Origin: Zancudomyces culisetae HAW-14-8
Lineage: Eukaryota > Fungi > Kickxellomycota
Assembly (NCBI GenBank): GCA_052426225.1
Contig: JBNJNM010000006.1
Span: 1,178,001 to 1,242,000, forward strand
DNA: 64,000 nt
Direction of reading: 5' to 3'
Below are positions 47,162 to 60,620 of the stretch, in pieces. The translations under genes were made by a program, and so were the position numbers. Position 1 is the first letter of the stretch, and the number at the start of each line of letters is the position of its first letter. Under the pieces are notes generated by a model. That model saw only the letters and a program-made list of their open reading frames with translations, did no database searches and was not told the origin of the DNA.

Positions 47162-48052
47162 CTACATCAGAGAACAATCGTTTTTTGCCTTCTTATCGGC
47201 ATCTGTCACGCCTGCAGCTGTTTCATCGACGTCTGTACCAGTACTAGCCTTTAATTTATTGAACGTGTGTATTTCTTTTACCAACCCATAGAATATCTGA
47301 TCTACATTCAACCTTTGTTTTGCGGATGTTTCGTAATATGGTGCTCTCCATCTCTTAGCAACCTCCTCTGCCTCTACCGTTATATATACAATACGCAATT
47401 TATTAACTTCCTGCCTTTATCTACTGATTTGTGTCTCCATGCATCTAAATACTCTACCACATAACTGAAATAATATATATACCTAATTTGGTGACTTGTC
47501 TAGCGTTAATCAAGTCAGTTTTATTTCCAACTAGCACTACTGGATACATGTCAACATGTCTGACCATAAGGATTTGGTCGTAGAGGGATTTTGCATATGA
47601 AAATGACATTCTGTTATCTACACTAAACACAATAATGAACCCTTGACCGTGTTTTATGTACTGGTTGAGTAGTGACCTATTTTTTTTTGAAAGAGCCTCT
47701 GTAGTTTAGTTATTTCAACTCGGAAATGAACTTTAAGAAACTATGAGTTTACCTGTATTCCAATTGCCCTGAAGTGTCGAGTATATTGAGAATTATTCTC
47801 TGGCCATCAATGGTACATTCTTTTTTGTACGTGTCTATTTAAAAGTACATTTCTTGTCATTCGTATTATACCTTTAAAGGCTGCTTGTCTAGCAGAAATC
47901 CCTCTAAAATACGCAGATTAACACATACCTTCAATTGTAGGGTCATAATCCTCTACAAAGTAGTTTTGTAGGAACTGGATAGCTAGGGCTGTTTTTCCCA
48001 CACCACCATCACCTATAAGTACTAAGTTGTATTGTTCGACGTTGATGGTCAT
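47162..48052 (-). CDS. Ras-family small GTPase (fungal Ras2/RasB-like P-loop), 4 exons
   Basis: [30 protein letters not shown], CaaX CSLM. Confidence 0.92.
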
Positions 48053-49762
48053 TCTTTATTCTTTATCCTTTTTCCTTTATCCTTTACCCTGCTTTTTCTC
48101 CTTTTTATGTTGTATTTAACTACTATACTTGATAGCGTATTGTTTAAAACTCTGGCTATCTTTTATTTTTTTATATGATAAATAAATATTTAAAATGAAA
48201 ACACAAAAGGATAATCATAAACTCTGTAATCTTTCGGAGTACCGCCTCTCAAGGATAGACCTTTGAAATATACTAATAAATGTATTTTCCAAAATCTAAA
48301 TTGTCAAATTATACTAGTTCTACCATTTGACCAATTTCTCCAGCTAAACGTACAATTAACGCCATTTGAACATGCTTTTCGTATACTTGCTCTACATGTT
48401 ACACTTGAGCTTTAATTCGTCAATTATCGGTTTGTTAACAAATTTACCCTGTTCCTCCCTCCCTCTCCCCACAATATCTGAACCCTTTTTTCAAATACCA
48501 ATGTAGTTGGATGCTGGAACGGAAATTTTGATATAATCTAGACTCTCTTTACACACCAGGCTTCAGAATCATAACTATTCGTTGCAAAACTAGGTACTTA
48601 GCCTTAGGCTCTCAAGATTGACCCTACTTACACCCCAACCTAATTTACCACCTTTGGTCTAGTAAACACACCCATCGTGTACAAAACTCATTTCTTTTAC
48701 TTTTTTTTGAAAAAAAAACACCGCATCACTATTTGTGTGTTTTGACAAAGGATGGCTAATCCTGTTTTGCTTTTTCTAAAATACTAGAAGTTATCCATAG
48801 GATGAGAATGTTACAAGCGGCACCAAGAGCTCCCAACTGCATTACATTTCACTCCACTTCACTGGATCACCACTTGGTTGTCATACTTTTAAGTAACTAG
48901 CATTTATGGATATTCTTTGAAATGAAAATGGCTTTTATTGAGAGACTTTAAAGAACGAAATATTTGTATGTGATCCAATGCCAGCCTGATATTTTTACCT
49001 GGTAGCAGAATTTTTATGGTGTTTGTCGTATATACCTGCCTTTGAAAAAACATTGCGAGGCATTCAACATGAGAGAATATAACACACTCTTCCTTTTTTT
49101 ATCGGTTCACAACATTAAGCTTTATTTTTTGATAAAACACAATAGAGCCACTGGAACAATAAAGGGAAAATTCTTTTATTTGGAAGAAAAGTCTCCTATT
49201 CTCATTATATAACGTTTACGCTATTATTTTTGTAACTCTCCAAAAATGTTTGGAAACCTACTCAACTTGGGATACGATGCGAAAAAAATATAATGATTAA
49301 AATGCTTCAAGTGCGATACAGAGTTATAATAACAATATTTAAGCATCCTTTACTTTCATTTGGGCAAAAAAGCACAATTTAAATTTAAATAACAAAACTT
49401 ATTTCCAATGGGTATATCATTTCTCTACCTTCCTAGTGCAATAGGGTATAATGAATTTAGAATTACAAAGCTTAAACACAAATAAAAATAAAATACATAT
49501 TCATATACAAATGCAGATAAATTTGTGAAACACGAGTATAGACTACATATATATATTTTTGTACACAAATACCATCTTTACATCGAGTGTGGGTATTTAT
49601 GGAAGTTTATTTTCCTTGTGGATATGAATTGCCTTTATTAAATTTTTGTTGCACGTTTAGAAAAAAATCGCATACAAAAGAACATAAATAGAGAAGACCA
49701 ACTCCAATAGTATCCTAAAACACAGTATCTTAAAACACTTCTTAATAAACCATATCAGTAAG

Positions 49763-51041
49763 ATGAGCAAACAACAAACGGTAAGTTAATATTGTTGCCA
49801 TTGATGAATCTCCGGCTATATAAGTGGTATTTACTTTGGGGATAAATAAAGAATACTGTCATTGATAGAACATTGATATTACAACACTGTAACTAATTAC
49901 AGAAAAAATAATAAAAAATAACATTTCTAATGGTTAGGTCAAGTTAACCGACTATGTAGGTTTTGACACCATCGCGGCCCAAATCGGGAAAAAAATATTT
50001 AAAAAGGGGCTAAACTTCAACATCATGCTCGTTGGCGAGTCAGGATCCGGAAAGACAACACTTGTCAATACCATTTTTTCAAAAAACTTTTTGGAGTCCT
50101 CGGGAAGAAAACAAGCAGCGGAGAAGTCCAGAAAAACCACAGAGATCCTTATAACAACCAGTGTTCTGACAGAAAGCAATGCCAAAGTACGATTAACAGT
50201 CATTGATACTCCAGGATTCGGGGAGCAGATTAATAACGAAAACTGCTGGGTACCCCTTGTTAAATACATTAAAGACCAACACGTAGCATATCTAGAAAAC
50301 GAAATCAAGCCTGAACGAGAAAGGGTTATCCCTGATACACGCGTTCACGTGTGTCTGTACTTTTTAAACTCTGGTTATCGTGGGCTAAGACAAATTGATA
50401 TTGAAGTGTTGAAAAGGTTATGTGAAGTGGTTAATGTAGTTCCGGTGCTGTCAAAGGCAGATACCTTGACAGTTGATGAAAAGATGAAAGTAAAGGAGAA
50501 GGTCCGTGAGGCTATTGAACTGCACAGAATCAACATCTATCCTCAGCCAAACCCTCAGGATGACCAGGCAGAAATAGAGCTCAACAATAAGGTCAAAAAG
50601 GTCATGCCATTTGCAGTGGTCGGAAGCAACCTTACCTATGAAGAAGACGGGGAAATCATTAAAGGCAGAAAAAACCCATGGGGAATAATAAACATTGAAA
50701 ACAAGGATCATTGCGATTTTGTACTGATGAGAGATTTTTTGCTCAGAACCCACCTTATTGATTTAGTCGAAGTTACATCATACAAATACTATGAATCGTT
50801 CCGAACCGAACAGTTACAACACATTAGAGACATGAGAGGTGCACAGCCAGCACAAACAACACAGCAAGCACAACAAACGCAACAAGCGCAACAAGTGCAA
50901 CCAACACAACCAACACAACAAGCACAATCGGCAAATCCCTTCAGTATAGCAATACCTGCCCAGCAAGCTAAATCGCCATCATTCACAAAGCCATCTGTGC
51001 AATCATCACGTAAATATATCAGCAATGCTCTCAGTAAATAA
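49763..51041 (+). CDS. CDC10: Septin of the Cdc10/AspD group, 2 exons
   Basis: YVGFDTI..QI, GESGSGKTT, DTPGFG, DTRVHVCLYF, KADTLT; no C-terminal coiled coil; Q-rich tail. Confidence 0.85.
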
Positions 51042-51364
51042 CGTCTTTTATAATACTTGTTGCTAATACACCACAAGGTGTTCAAATAATTTTTCTTTTG
51101 CTCCCCGCCTCCACTGTTTAGCGCTACTCTAAGCGAGTACCGTAGTTGATAGTTTTTTATATCATTAGTTTTAACAAATCCATTATATAACCACAAAAAT
51201 ATAATTATCAGACCGCCTATACGTTTTATTGGTACTAATATGATGTGTATTGTCGCTATAAAGCAAAATCTAGTGCGAGCCGAGATCACTTACAGGTAGT
51301 AGCGTTTCACGATTCGATTCTACTATACCACCAAATACAAAGGATATAGCGCGCCACAAAAATA

Positions 51365-53147
51365 TCAAGCTTTATTAAGATGGCTGGCTAAAATGTTATA
51401 AAATGCCATAATCAGTCTTCGATTGAAAACCGGATATTCCTTTTCTGCCACAATTTTGTTGCAAACAACATCAAAGTACTCGATTTTTGAGCCGGGTTCA
51501 GTAAGACCCAAAATATTAGATATCAACGTGTAATACTCGCGCCCAAGGTCCAGCTTTTGCTGATTTTCAGAGTAGTGGTTACGGTAGACTTCATAAATCC
51601 CAAATATGTATGAATCCATAAACTGGATAGTTGGCTTGCTAAGCTGGATAGGCCCGGACCTCTCTAGGATACTACTTATAGCTTGAAGCAATAATGGATG
51701 ATCAACGAGTACGTACATTATATCAAAAATCAAAACAAGAACTCTAGAGGGATGAGACTTAACACAGGCGCCTGAGAGAAGTTGGCAAATAAATCCGATC
51801 TCGCTAGCCTCAAAATTTACTATTTTTAACATCAGCAGCTTTTCAAGCTTAAAGAAAAATCGATTGTTGGTGGACAAGGTGAGCTCCAGTTTTGATGGCT
51901 CAGTAGAATATATGTCAAGGAGAAGTTCATGCTGCCGGGGTTTCAGCACTTTTTCTTCAACCGCGTCAGTAGAAAGCCTTCGGCGTTTTTTAGGCTGCAA
52001 GTCAGCCTTTTGAACACGTGTATCTAAATTAGGCTTCGATCCGGCACTACCTTTGGCAGAAATACTGTGATCTGTGTCACTTAATACACCATCAACCCCT
52101 TGAGGCCCTGGCTCAACAATATTATCCATCGACTTCTTGGTTGTTAGATTTTCTGCCTCAACTCTTACTGCTGACTCTTGGAGTTTTACAATATTATCCA
52201 ACTTTTTGTCAAGGTCTTCAAAAAGCCGGTGTGAATCTCTTAAAATCGCTTCTTTTTCCATGTTATGAGTAGCCAAAAGGTGGCTTATCAAGGCCTCTTG
52301 CTTATTAATCATCTCAACAATCCTGTGTTCTTGCTTAGTTTCTAAATCCCTTAAATGGCCAAGAATTTTATTTGATGTAATATCCGTAAACTCCCGCGAA
52401 CTCCCTACCAATTCTTTTGTTGAATCCGTCTCTGCCGCGACCCTCTCGATAAGGGTAATTAGTTCTTCATATTTTTCTTTCCCTCCACCGGCCTTGAGTT
52501 CGTCAATTTCTATCTTTTTCATTTCAGCTTCCATTTCCAGTTGATTGAGTTTGTCCAGCAACCTATCCCGTTCAATTTCAACATCCTTCGTCTCTGCCAG
52601 TTCGTCCTCAAAATTTTTTATTTTTATCTTTAAAGCATTGCATAACTCATTTCTAATAATTATACAAATAAAATATATATGTTTAAAAATAAGTAGATAA
52701 AAAAAAGTACAAATTTAAATACAATCGCCTATCCAGCTCCAAAGTATAAAGCACTTACTTTATTTTGCTCTCCTTCCTATATTTCTCTACCTCTCTCCTG
52801 GATTCTGCCTTTGTTTCTTCGTTCTCCTCGGTAAGATCCTTCATCGCCTTTCTCATTTTCGCAACCATCAATAAAAGCGTCTCCTTTTCCTTTTTGAGAC
52901 TCTCCTTTTCTTCTTCGACTGCTCTAATTTCACTCTGTAGCTTTTCATAATTTAATTTATGCGCCTTTATTTCTGACTGCAATGCATCCTTTTCTGTAAT
53001 TAGAATATCACACTCCTTTTTTTTGTCTTTTAATTCTCGCTGATTGCTTTTAAAAACGTTGAGCAGAGTGTTGGTATTAACAATGTTCTCCTTGTATTTT
53101 GAGATATTGGTGGCTACCAAATCTATGTCCATATCATTTTGGTCCAT
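51365..53147 (-). CDS. Uncharacterised coiled-coil protein with NLS-like PKKRRR, probably 2 exons
   Basis: Two long ORFs separated by a GTAAGT intron at about 52654-52757. Confidence 0.7.
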
Positions 53148-53992
53148 TTTTCCTAATAATCATCTAAGGGGTACTACATGAGAGCTGTGCTAGAATAACT
53201 CGTTCGCTTTGAACTTGGAACTAATTATTTATAATAATAAAAAAGAGTAATGGATATGGTTTGTTTTGGCTAGACTTTTAAGTTGTAGACACGATTCAAA
53301 CTGGTTTTCGATTCGCTATTCCAATTTTTCCACTTTCAATAGTTTTATGCACATCTTTCTCACACACACTATTCGACAAGCAAAATGCTGTGGAGATGTT
53401 ACACACCATGTTGGCTATACTGACAGCCAAAATTGAGCTAAAATAAAAGATCAAGAGCGTTTTTGATGGAATAGTGTATAGTGGTAACAATTTTTGTTGG
53501 TCTAACCAACTTACCACAGAAATAAACACGCAGCTTTCCCACAGGAACCACTAGCGACCTAAAATATCGAAGTTTGGATTTAACAACACATGCAAATTTC
53601 TGGTGGGATCTCGACTATGTCACCTAGTATACACCATATCAATCTGCGACTCTTAACTTTGGCAAAACATACAAGCCCATGTATTTATAAGCATTGCACT
53701 GAACACATGTATACAGCATGTACACTCAACAATTGGGGGTTATCTTCCCATTAATGAAAAAAAGACACCCCCACCAAATATATCTTTAACTGACCATTAT
53801 GGAAGCTCCTTTGAATTCTTTGTTGGTTTTTTTTTACACAAACTAAAATGGGCACTAAAGCCCACATAAAAAGCAATAATTCCAAAAGATTAAATAACTG
53901 AAAATCAATAAACAGGGAAAGGTACCAACCTGACTGATGAACTATAAAAAAAAAGATTCAGAACTAGAAACAACAGAGGATATACCTTAAAA

Positions 53993-55100
53993 TCAACCAA
54001 GGTATGTGTTCACAGCTGCCTGGCCGGTAGCAGCTCCGATATTGCTGGAGGCAAACCCAGTGTAAGCTTGTCTTTTGGCCTCGGAGAATGTATGTCCACG
54101 ATTATTGTAGTTTCTATATACTGAAGTATAGGTGAAAAATACAAGAGCTGTTTGAATTATCCACAAAACTGTGGAGATCCCGCAAAATATAACTGCCAGA
54201 GTCTTATGGTCAGAAATAACAGCGATCAGGTTTATTATTCCTGCAGAGCCGGTTCCTGGAAGTCCCAATACCATATACATACAAAAAAGTAAATGGAATC
54301 CATTGAAAATAAAGAATATAACTATTTTGTGTATCAGCGTAAAACATTGTCGCCCCAAATTAGTGATTTGAAATTTACAGTATTTATAAATACTAAAATA
54401 ATACAAAATGTTCAACTTACAATAGAAAAGGGCATTGTCCTTCATATAAGCATTGTAAATGGGTCGATACCACAAAAAGAAGCTCGCCGCGCCTATCAAG
54501 AACATGTACATAATCGAAAGAATAAGATCAGAAGCGGTGCTGGTAAGATTACTTGGGCCCGAAAGCAGCAACATTAAACAGCTTATTGCGTTAAAAACCA
54601 ACAGCCCTACTAATAACAGCCACTCTTTGTTTATTATCTTCATGATTTTCCTGTCATGAACAGGGATTTCTGTATCAATATCGTGATACATCAGTCTTAG
54701 TACTGGCGGAAAGTTGTTTACTGGTCTATAGCCATGTGGAACCCCCATTTGACGTATCCTTTCTGCCTCCGCTGCTTGATTTTGTCTTTCTAAATCCAAT
54801 CTTTGTGCTTGGGCATCTAACTCCTGCCTCCTAATCTCCAATTCTCTTTCTTTTTGTCTCAGCTCGGCTTCGTAATTTTGCAGCCCTTCTGAGTTTCCCT
54901 GAGAATGCGAAAAAGATTCGAAATCCAAACGGGTAGATCCAGGCACTGTTTCCAGTGCTTCGTTCTTAAATCCATTCTGTTCTTTTCCAGTGTACTTGTC
55001 GTGGATGGTTTTGTTATTCGAAACCGAGGTATACAGAGGATTGCTCGGCTCAGGAGTGTAATCGTCTTCCTGAAAGAGTTCGTAATTATTATTGCCCATG
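53993..55100 (-). CDS. SCAMP: SCAMP-family membrane protein (intron at about 54318-54420)
   Basis: Coiled coil, NNFPP, YHDIDTEIP, LWYRPIYNA, four TM segments, GHTFSEAK. Confidence 0.9.
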
Positions 55101-56303
55101 ACTATTGCCTTGTCTCTCAATAGTCCGCTTCAATTATTTGATCTGTTACTTTTTCGTTTACCAAGTTAATTTTGCTTATTTTCGCTTTTTTGCTTCTATA
55201 AATGACTTTTTCGAATACCTACGAAATATTTGGGTTGTAATTTATCATTTCAATGCCGCGATTTGCTAATAATCAGCATTGAATTACCGCGTTACATAAT
55301 TACAAGAAAATATTAACTGATTTTTGAATATGGGACAAACAGATTTACTTTTTCTGGTTCATTTTGCTAGGCTGGATTATTAAGATACGCTTTTAAGCTC
55401 AGATATGGCTACCGGATTGATTGGATGCGTTTAAAACGCCACTGTTGTTCCTAGACATGTTCAATTTGCAAGAAAAAAGGTAAAAGGTGAAAAAATAAAA
55501 GCAAAATAATACAAATAAAAGATAACTATGCAGCTCCAACTACTGTTTCATTTTTTTTTGGAGCCGAAGGCTTTCCCTACGCAAAACATTGATGGTTCTT
55601 AAAGATAGTAGACCCATCACTTATATCACTGTGGTACGCCCTGCCAATTATTGAGGATGGTTTGAAAATATAAAAAATGCATTGTTCCATTGCGTTGGTA
55701 AGTATCACCTTTCTCTATTATACTGGTATCGTCGTGAGAACCCGTAGAATGAATTATTAAGAATCAATAGCAATAATATTGTGTTGGAGAGTCGATTGTC
55801 CGGTTTTTTATTTATTTACTGAGTCTGAGGACACAGAATTTACTATGAAATGTCAAGGTAGTTTGAAAAGGCAAACCCCCTATACCTTATATCCTGATAT
55901 CTGAATGTGACTTTGGTAGCAAAGTATATATAAGTAGTAGCTCAGCTAGATTTTGTTACACACTTGGTAATCAGCTGCAAATGTGACCTCCATCACCAAA
56001 AACCGCTAAAATGCTGGATTTCACAATATATGCCAGTTGTGATACACATTCAAACAAATATGAAACTCCGAATTGAGAACTTTTATCTATCACTTTTTCT
56101 GAGGATAAAAGATTTTTTATTAAAAAAAGTTAAATTATACACCTAGTAGTAATACTGGTATTATGTGTTTATCGTGTAGTGGTTTCGATGAAAGCATATA
56201 TATTTAACGTTTATTATATTATCTGAATTAACTTTTTATCTCTATCTAAATGATTTCAATATTATATCATGAAATTAAACAAAGTCAAAAGCTACAATAA
56301 TCA

Positions 56304-56720
56304 CTAACAGAGTCTTAACCAAGCAAATGACTGACCATTTCCTCCAATATCATTAGTTACATTTTCTATTTTGTTGGCATCTTTTCTATGAACAACCTTG
56401 CATTTACCAGAGCAATCTTTTTTGTTGCAAACCATGATGGCTCCATTCCTTCGATGCCAATTTCCAAATCTGATTGATGCAAACTCTTCCGAATTGTAGC
56501 ACTTGTTTCCTTTGATTCTAACCCTGCGTATCCTCTCATCAAAATTGGCTGATCTGTACAGTTTAACCCTTACGGTCTTCGAGAAAGGATACCATGCCAG
56601 CTCGTTGAATTCGGAAGCAGAAAGGTCATTATTACAATGTTCACAGTCAATATAACCATTTTCCATATTAGCCAAGGATGAACCCAGGAACAATGCGCTC
56701 AGAAATATTGATTTAAGCAT
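56304..56720 (-). CDS. Small secreted protein, family member 2
   Basis: Signal peptide; VKLYRSANF, KCYNSEEFASI, DCSGKC and SFAWL shared with 29516. Confidence 0.88.
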   Translation of the reverse strand: MLKSIFLSALFLGSSLANMENGYIDCEHCNNDLSASEFNELAWYPFSKTVRVKLYRSANFDERIRRVRIKGNKCYNSEEFASIRFGNWHRRNGAIMVCNKKDCSGKCKVVHRKDANKIENVTNDIGGNGQSFAWLRLC

Positions 56721-58753
56721 ATTGACTCTAGTATACGCGTGATATTATTTTTAGTTGTGGAAAAATCTAAATACTACTGATTATGACTATTGATAACAAA
56801 AAAAATGTTTCTTTACGTTGTTCTCAGCGAGTTGATGAAAAAAGACAAGATATTTATACCTAAATTTATAGCTCATTTTTTTAAACTACCAAGTTCTCAA
56901 ATTTGTTATACCAACTTACAAGTCTGTTGACCTTAACAAATAGAATATAGTAATTCTAAACTTATACAGTTAAATTGTATCAAAAACTTTCTAGAACTTT
57001 AATCCACACGAATAACGTTTAATATTTTACGTCTAGGTCTTTTTTAAGGTTGTTTTGGCTTTAATTTTTTTAATGACCGGTCTAGTTTTGTAGTTAAAGT
57101 GTTGCTCTTTACTTTACAGAACAAACTTATAGTCTTGAAAAAAAATTTTGAGGGTCTGAACGAAAAGAAAATAAACTCGAATGTTTCAAAACTGGTTCTG
57201 GAAGAATTAGTCTGAGAACATTAACAGTATTCGAGTCCTTTAAAATTGTCAATTAGTATAATAAAATGAACATAAACTAATTTATTAGATTGAGCTCGGC
57301 AAAAGCAGCTATGCTAGCATACCAGAATTTTAGTTAAAAACGAGAGAACGAAATAAACAAAATTCGCTATTAAATGAGTAATATTTATTTTTAATTCCGG
57401 GGAGGGCAAGAAAGTGCATTTAGTAGATTATCGATATTTGGAGATGTGTGAGGAGCTTTTATTATTGGTTAATATAGATTATAGGATTCAACTCTAGTAC
57501 AGTAAAGAACAACCTCCACTATATTTAGGCATTTTTTAAAAAAACAACATGCGAAAAGTATAAAGAACAGCGAATCGCAAACTTTAGCAAATATTGAAAT
57601 TTTTACTTTTGTACTTAGCCTGACCAGGCAAAGTTTAATAAAGTAATTTTATATGTTGCACTAATATGATGCTATCTCTCAGTTTGGATGACAAAGTGAC
57701 TATAGTTTGTTTGAATATTATGAAAAACTATAAAAATTGTATTTCGTTAGAAAAATACGCTTGAAGAGTATATTCCATTTTATCAATATTTAAATACCAA
57801 ATCAAATGACCAAAAATAAATTCAAATAAATTGCTTAGAGTACTCATTTCGGAATCTTTACCACACTGAGTCCTACTACTGTACTAATTGTCAACCTAAA
57901 CTGACTTCAAATTCAATTTTTGAGTATGTACATGCGTATGGTGGGATGGGTATCAATGATATTTTTCTACAAATACAATTATTATAGCATTTTATAATAT
58001 TCAAGCAAACTATAAATGTGTTTTTTACCATTATACTGTCACTTTCAATTTGGTTAGGCTCCAAATGGAGATGATACCAATCGAGCTCATTTACCATCTA
58101 TCTATTTCTCTTTTGTTGTATGCAATCTTTGTGTACCAAACCACCGCTTCCAGAAAAAATACAAAAAATAAAAGATGGAATTATCACTTTTCGATAATTT
58201 TAATAGGCTGAAAATACACGATAGGTGTGACTGACTTTTTATTGATTTCATCAAGCTTTTTTACAGGTTTTATTTTGTTATTAATTTGTTCGTCGCTCAA
58301 CAATTGGCATTACAAGCTTTTTGGTTGTCATATATTAGTTATTAAATCTATTTTTATTTTTATTTCAGTTAAATCGTTCGATGCTGCGCATAAATTACTA
58401 GGCCAAAAATGCATATTAAATATATTTAGTCACCAAAAAAAAGTTTCAAATTCTAGAAAGCTTAGGAAATCCAATAAAGGCAAACAAAAGCTGTTACACT
58501 AAATCCAAATCAATAATCTAATAAATATTTAACCAAAATCAAATCAAAAACAATACCAAATCAATTCCATAGAACACTAAAACCAATAAGTATCAGCAAA
58601 ATAAAGTGAGATTGAATAAAAAATATTTTGCCTTGGATGATTATATAAAGGGTGTTGTTAGAATTCCAAGACATAAAGCCCATCTTAATTATCCTTTTAT
58701 CCCTATAATATCGTATACCTCATAAATAATTTATAAAAACACCGATTGTCATA

Positions 58754-59845
58754 ATGATATTCTTTGACAAGAATACAACATCGAAGGCTATAGTGACAAC
58801 GCTAGCCCTTTCTAACATGAACCCAGCATCTGCTGCTGCGGTCAGCAACTCGGGTCTTGTCACCAAAAATTTGGTTAATAGTACTGCGGATTTCCAAAAC
58901 AATGCACGAATTTTAGGTGGGGAGCCAGCAAAAATCGAAGAGTTCCCATATATGGGAGGTATAGTGGTACGGTTTGGAGAGGATAGTATCTTCTGTACGG
59001 GCTCACTGATTTCGGACAAGTTTGTGGTGACTTTGAGCGCATGTTTTTATTATGGAGGTTATGACACTGAAATTAGTGATATTTCAGTTACACTTGGCAC
59101 CGATGTAAATGGCTATGAGGCAGATGTACAGTCATACAATGTAAAGGAATATTATTTTCACCCAGACTTTTCTATTGAAACATCAATAGGGCAAACTAGC
59201 ATAGGTCTGATTGAACTGTCCCAACCAGTACCAAAAGACGTTGCAACGCCAGCAAAAATCTATAGCGGAAAAGTTACGGATGATATGGTGTTAACTGCAG
59301 CGGGTTGGGGTGAGACTTCGCTTGATGATGAATATGGATTTTCCGACACTTTAAATAAAGTTACTGTGTCACCTTCGTCTTCAAAAGATTGTGATGTGGA
59401 AGTCGGATTTTGGACCGGTAATGACGGCCCTCTCATTTGTACAGTTGTTAAAGACAACAAAAGTATATATGTAGGTGATCACGGAGGACCACTGGTATAC
59501 AAAAATAATGGGGCTAACCTACTTGTTGGTTTGAACTTTTTACCAGCTATTCCCAATAATTCTACAGACATTGAACCTGGGGAAAATGGATCACTAAACT
59601 ATTTCACCCATGTATATAACTATGTGGATTGGATTGTGAATGTTACAGGCATTGATAAATCAGATCTTGTGAATGAAAAGCAGACAGCACCTTCTGGCAA
59701 CTCTACTAACAACAATTCTACCAATTCACAAGACAGCTCCAGTTCTACTGTGAACAGCTCCAGCTCAATATCAGCTAGTTTTCTTTCAAAACCGATTACA
59801 CCTCTTTTACTCGCAATTCCCATTTTGGTTTTGTCATTGCTCTGA
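58754..59845 (+). CDS. Catalytically dead trypsin-fold (S1) homolog, probably GPI-anchored
   Basis: R|ILGG, CTGSLI, TLSAC, SIGLIEL, AGWG, GDHGGPL; Ser/Asn linker and hydrophobic C-terminus. Confidence 0.88.
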   Translation: MIFFDKNTTSKAIVTTLALSNMNPASAAAVSNSGLVTKNLVNSTADFQNNARILGGEPAKIEEFPYMGGIVVRFGEDSIFCTGSLISDKFVVTLSACFYYGGYDTEISDISVTLGTDVNGYEADVQSYNVKEYYFHPDFSIETSIGQTSIGLIELSQPVPKDVATPAKIYSGKVTDDMVLTAAGWGETSLDDEYGFSDTLNKVTVSPSSSKDCDVEVGFWTGNDGPLICTVVKDNKSIYVGDHGGPLVYKNNGANLLVGLNFLPAIPNNSTDIEPGENGSLNYFTHVYNYVDWIVNVTGIDKSDLVNEKQTAPSGNSTNNNSTNSQDSSSSTVNSSSSISASFLSKPITPLLLAIPILVLSLL

Positions 59846-60620
59846 TCAATATAGGGAAATAATGACAGAAGTATGATTGCGGTTGTATTATATATTCATT
59901 TTTACATGCTACTCATTTGACTTTTGTTTTTCGAACCCAAAAACTGTCATGATAGATGACATTAATCAAACTACTAAAAGTAATAAATACAAATAGTTTT
60001 CCAGCTATGCAAAAATGTTAGTAGAACCTGTGTTATTGTTCTACTTGCTATAAACGGCACAAAATGGTTGTAAATTATCATGGGTTCCAAAGTACTTAAA
60101 TATTTAAATGAAATGAAATAAATAAAGGCCTGTAGGAAAACCAATTCTTTCAAACTGTAAAAACCTATAAGCTTCTGTGTAACTAAGTAAATGAGAGTAC
60201 CAAAATAAGAACTGGCTATTTAATTTTTCAACTCGCCTAACCTGTTCTTAGATTTATATTTTTAGTGCTTGTGTTGGTTTTATGGTATCAGAGAACATAA
60301 CAGAATAGCGCAATAACCATCACCTCTTTCTTTCTTTCTAAGAATTTAATCTTGATTTATTAAATATGCCTCCTCATTAATATTATTAAATTACAAAACT
60401 AGTTAAAATATGTATCAAACCCGTAAATTTTAATATATCTGTAAAAATATACCTTACTATATGACTTTTATTGAGTCTACCTATGTATGTGCTAATACTT
60501 TTAATAAGTATGATAAATGAGCGGGATATAAAAAGGTCATCAAAACACTAAAAAAAACGATTTTCATCAGAGTTAATGCATTTACATTTGCACTGTCTAG
60601 GAAAAAAGAAAAGTAAGGAA

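Noticed and set aside
48100-49700. Long Ras-septin intergenic region as an ncRNA locus
   Set aside because: No tRNA, snRNA or snoRNA motif recognisable by eye; consistent with divergent promoters (an Infernal/Rfam scan would settle it)
53925-53960. CTGATGA as a hammerhead ribozyme core
   Set aside because: No stem II/GAAA arrangement or flanking helices
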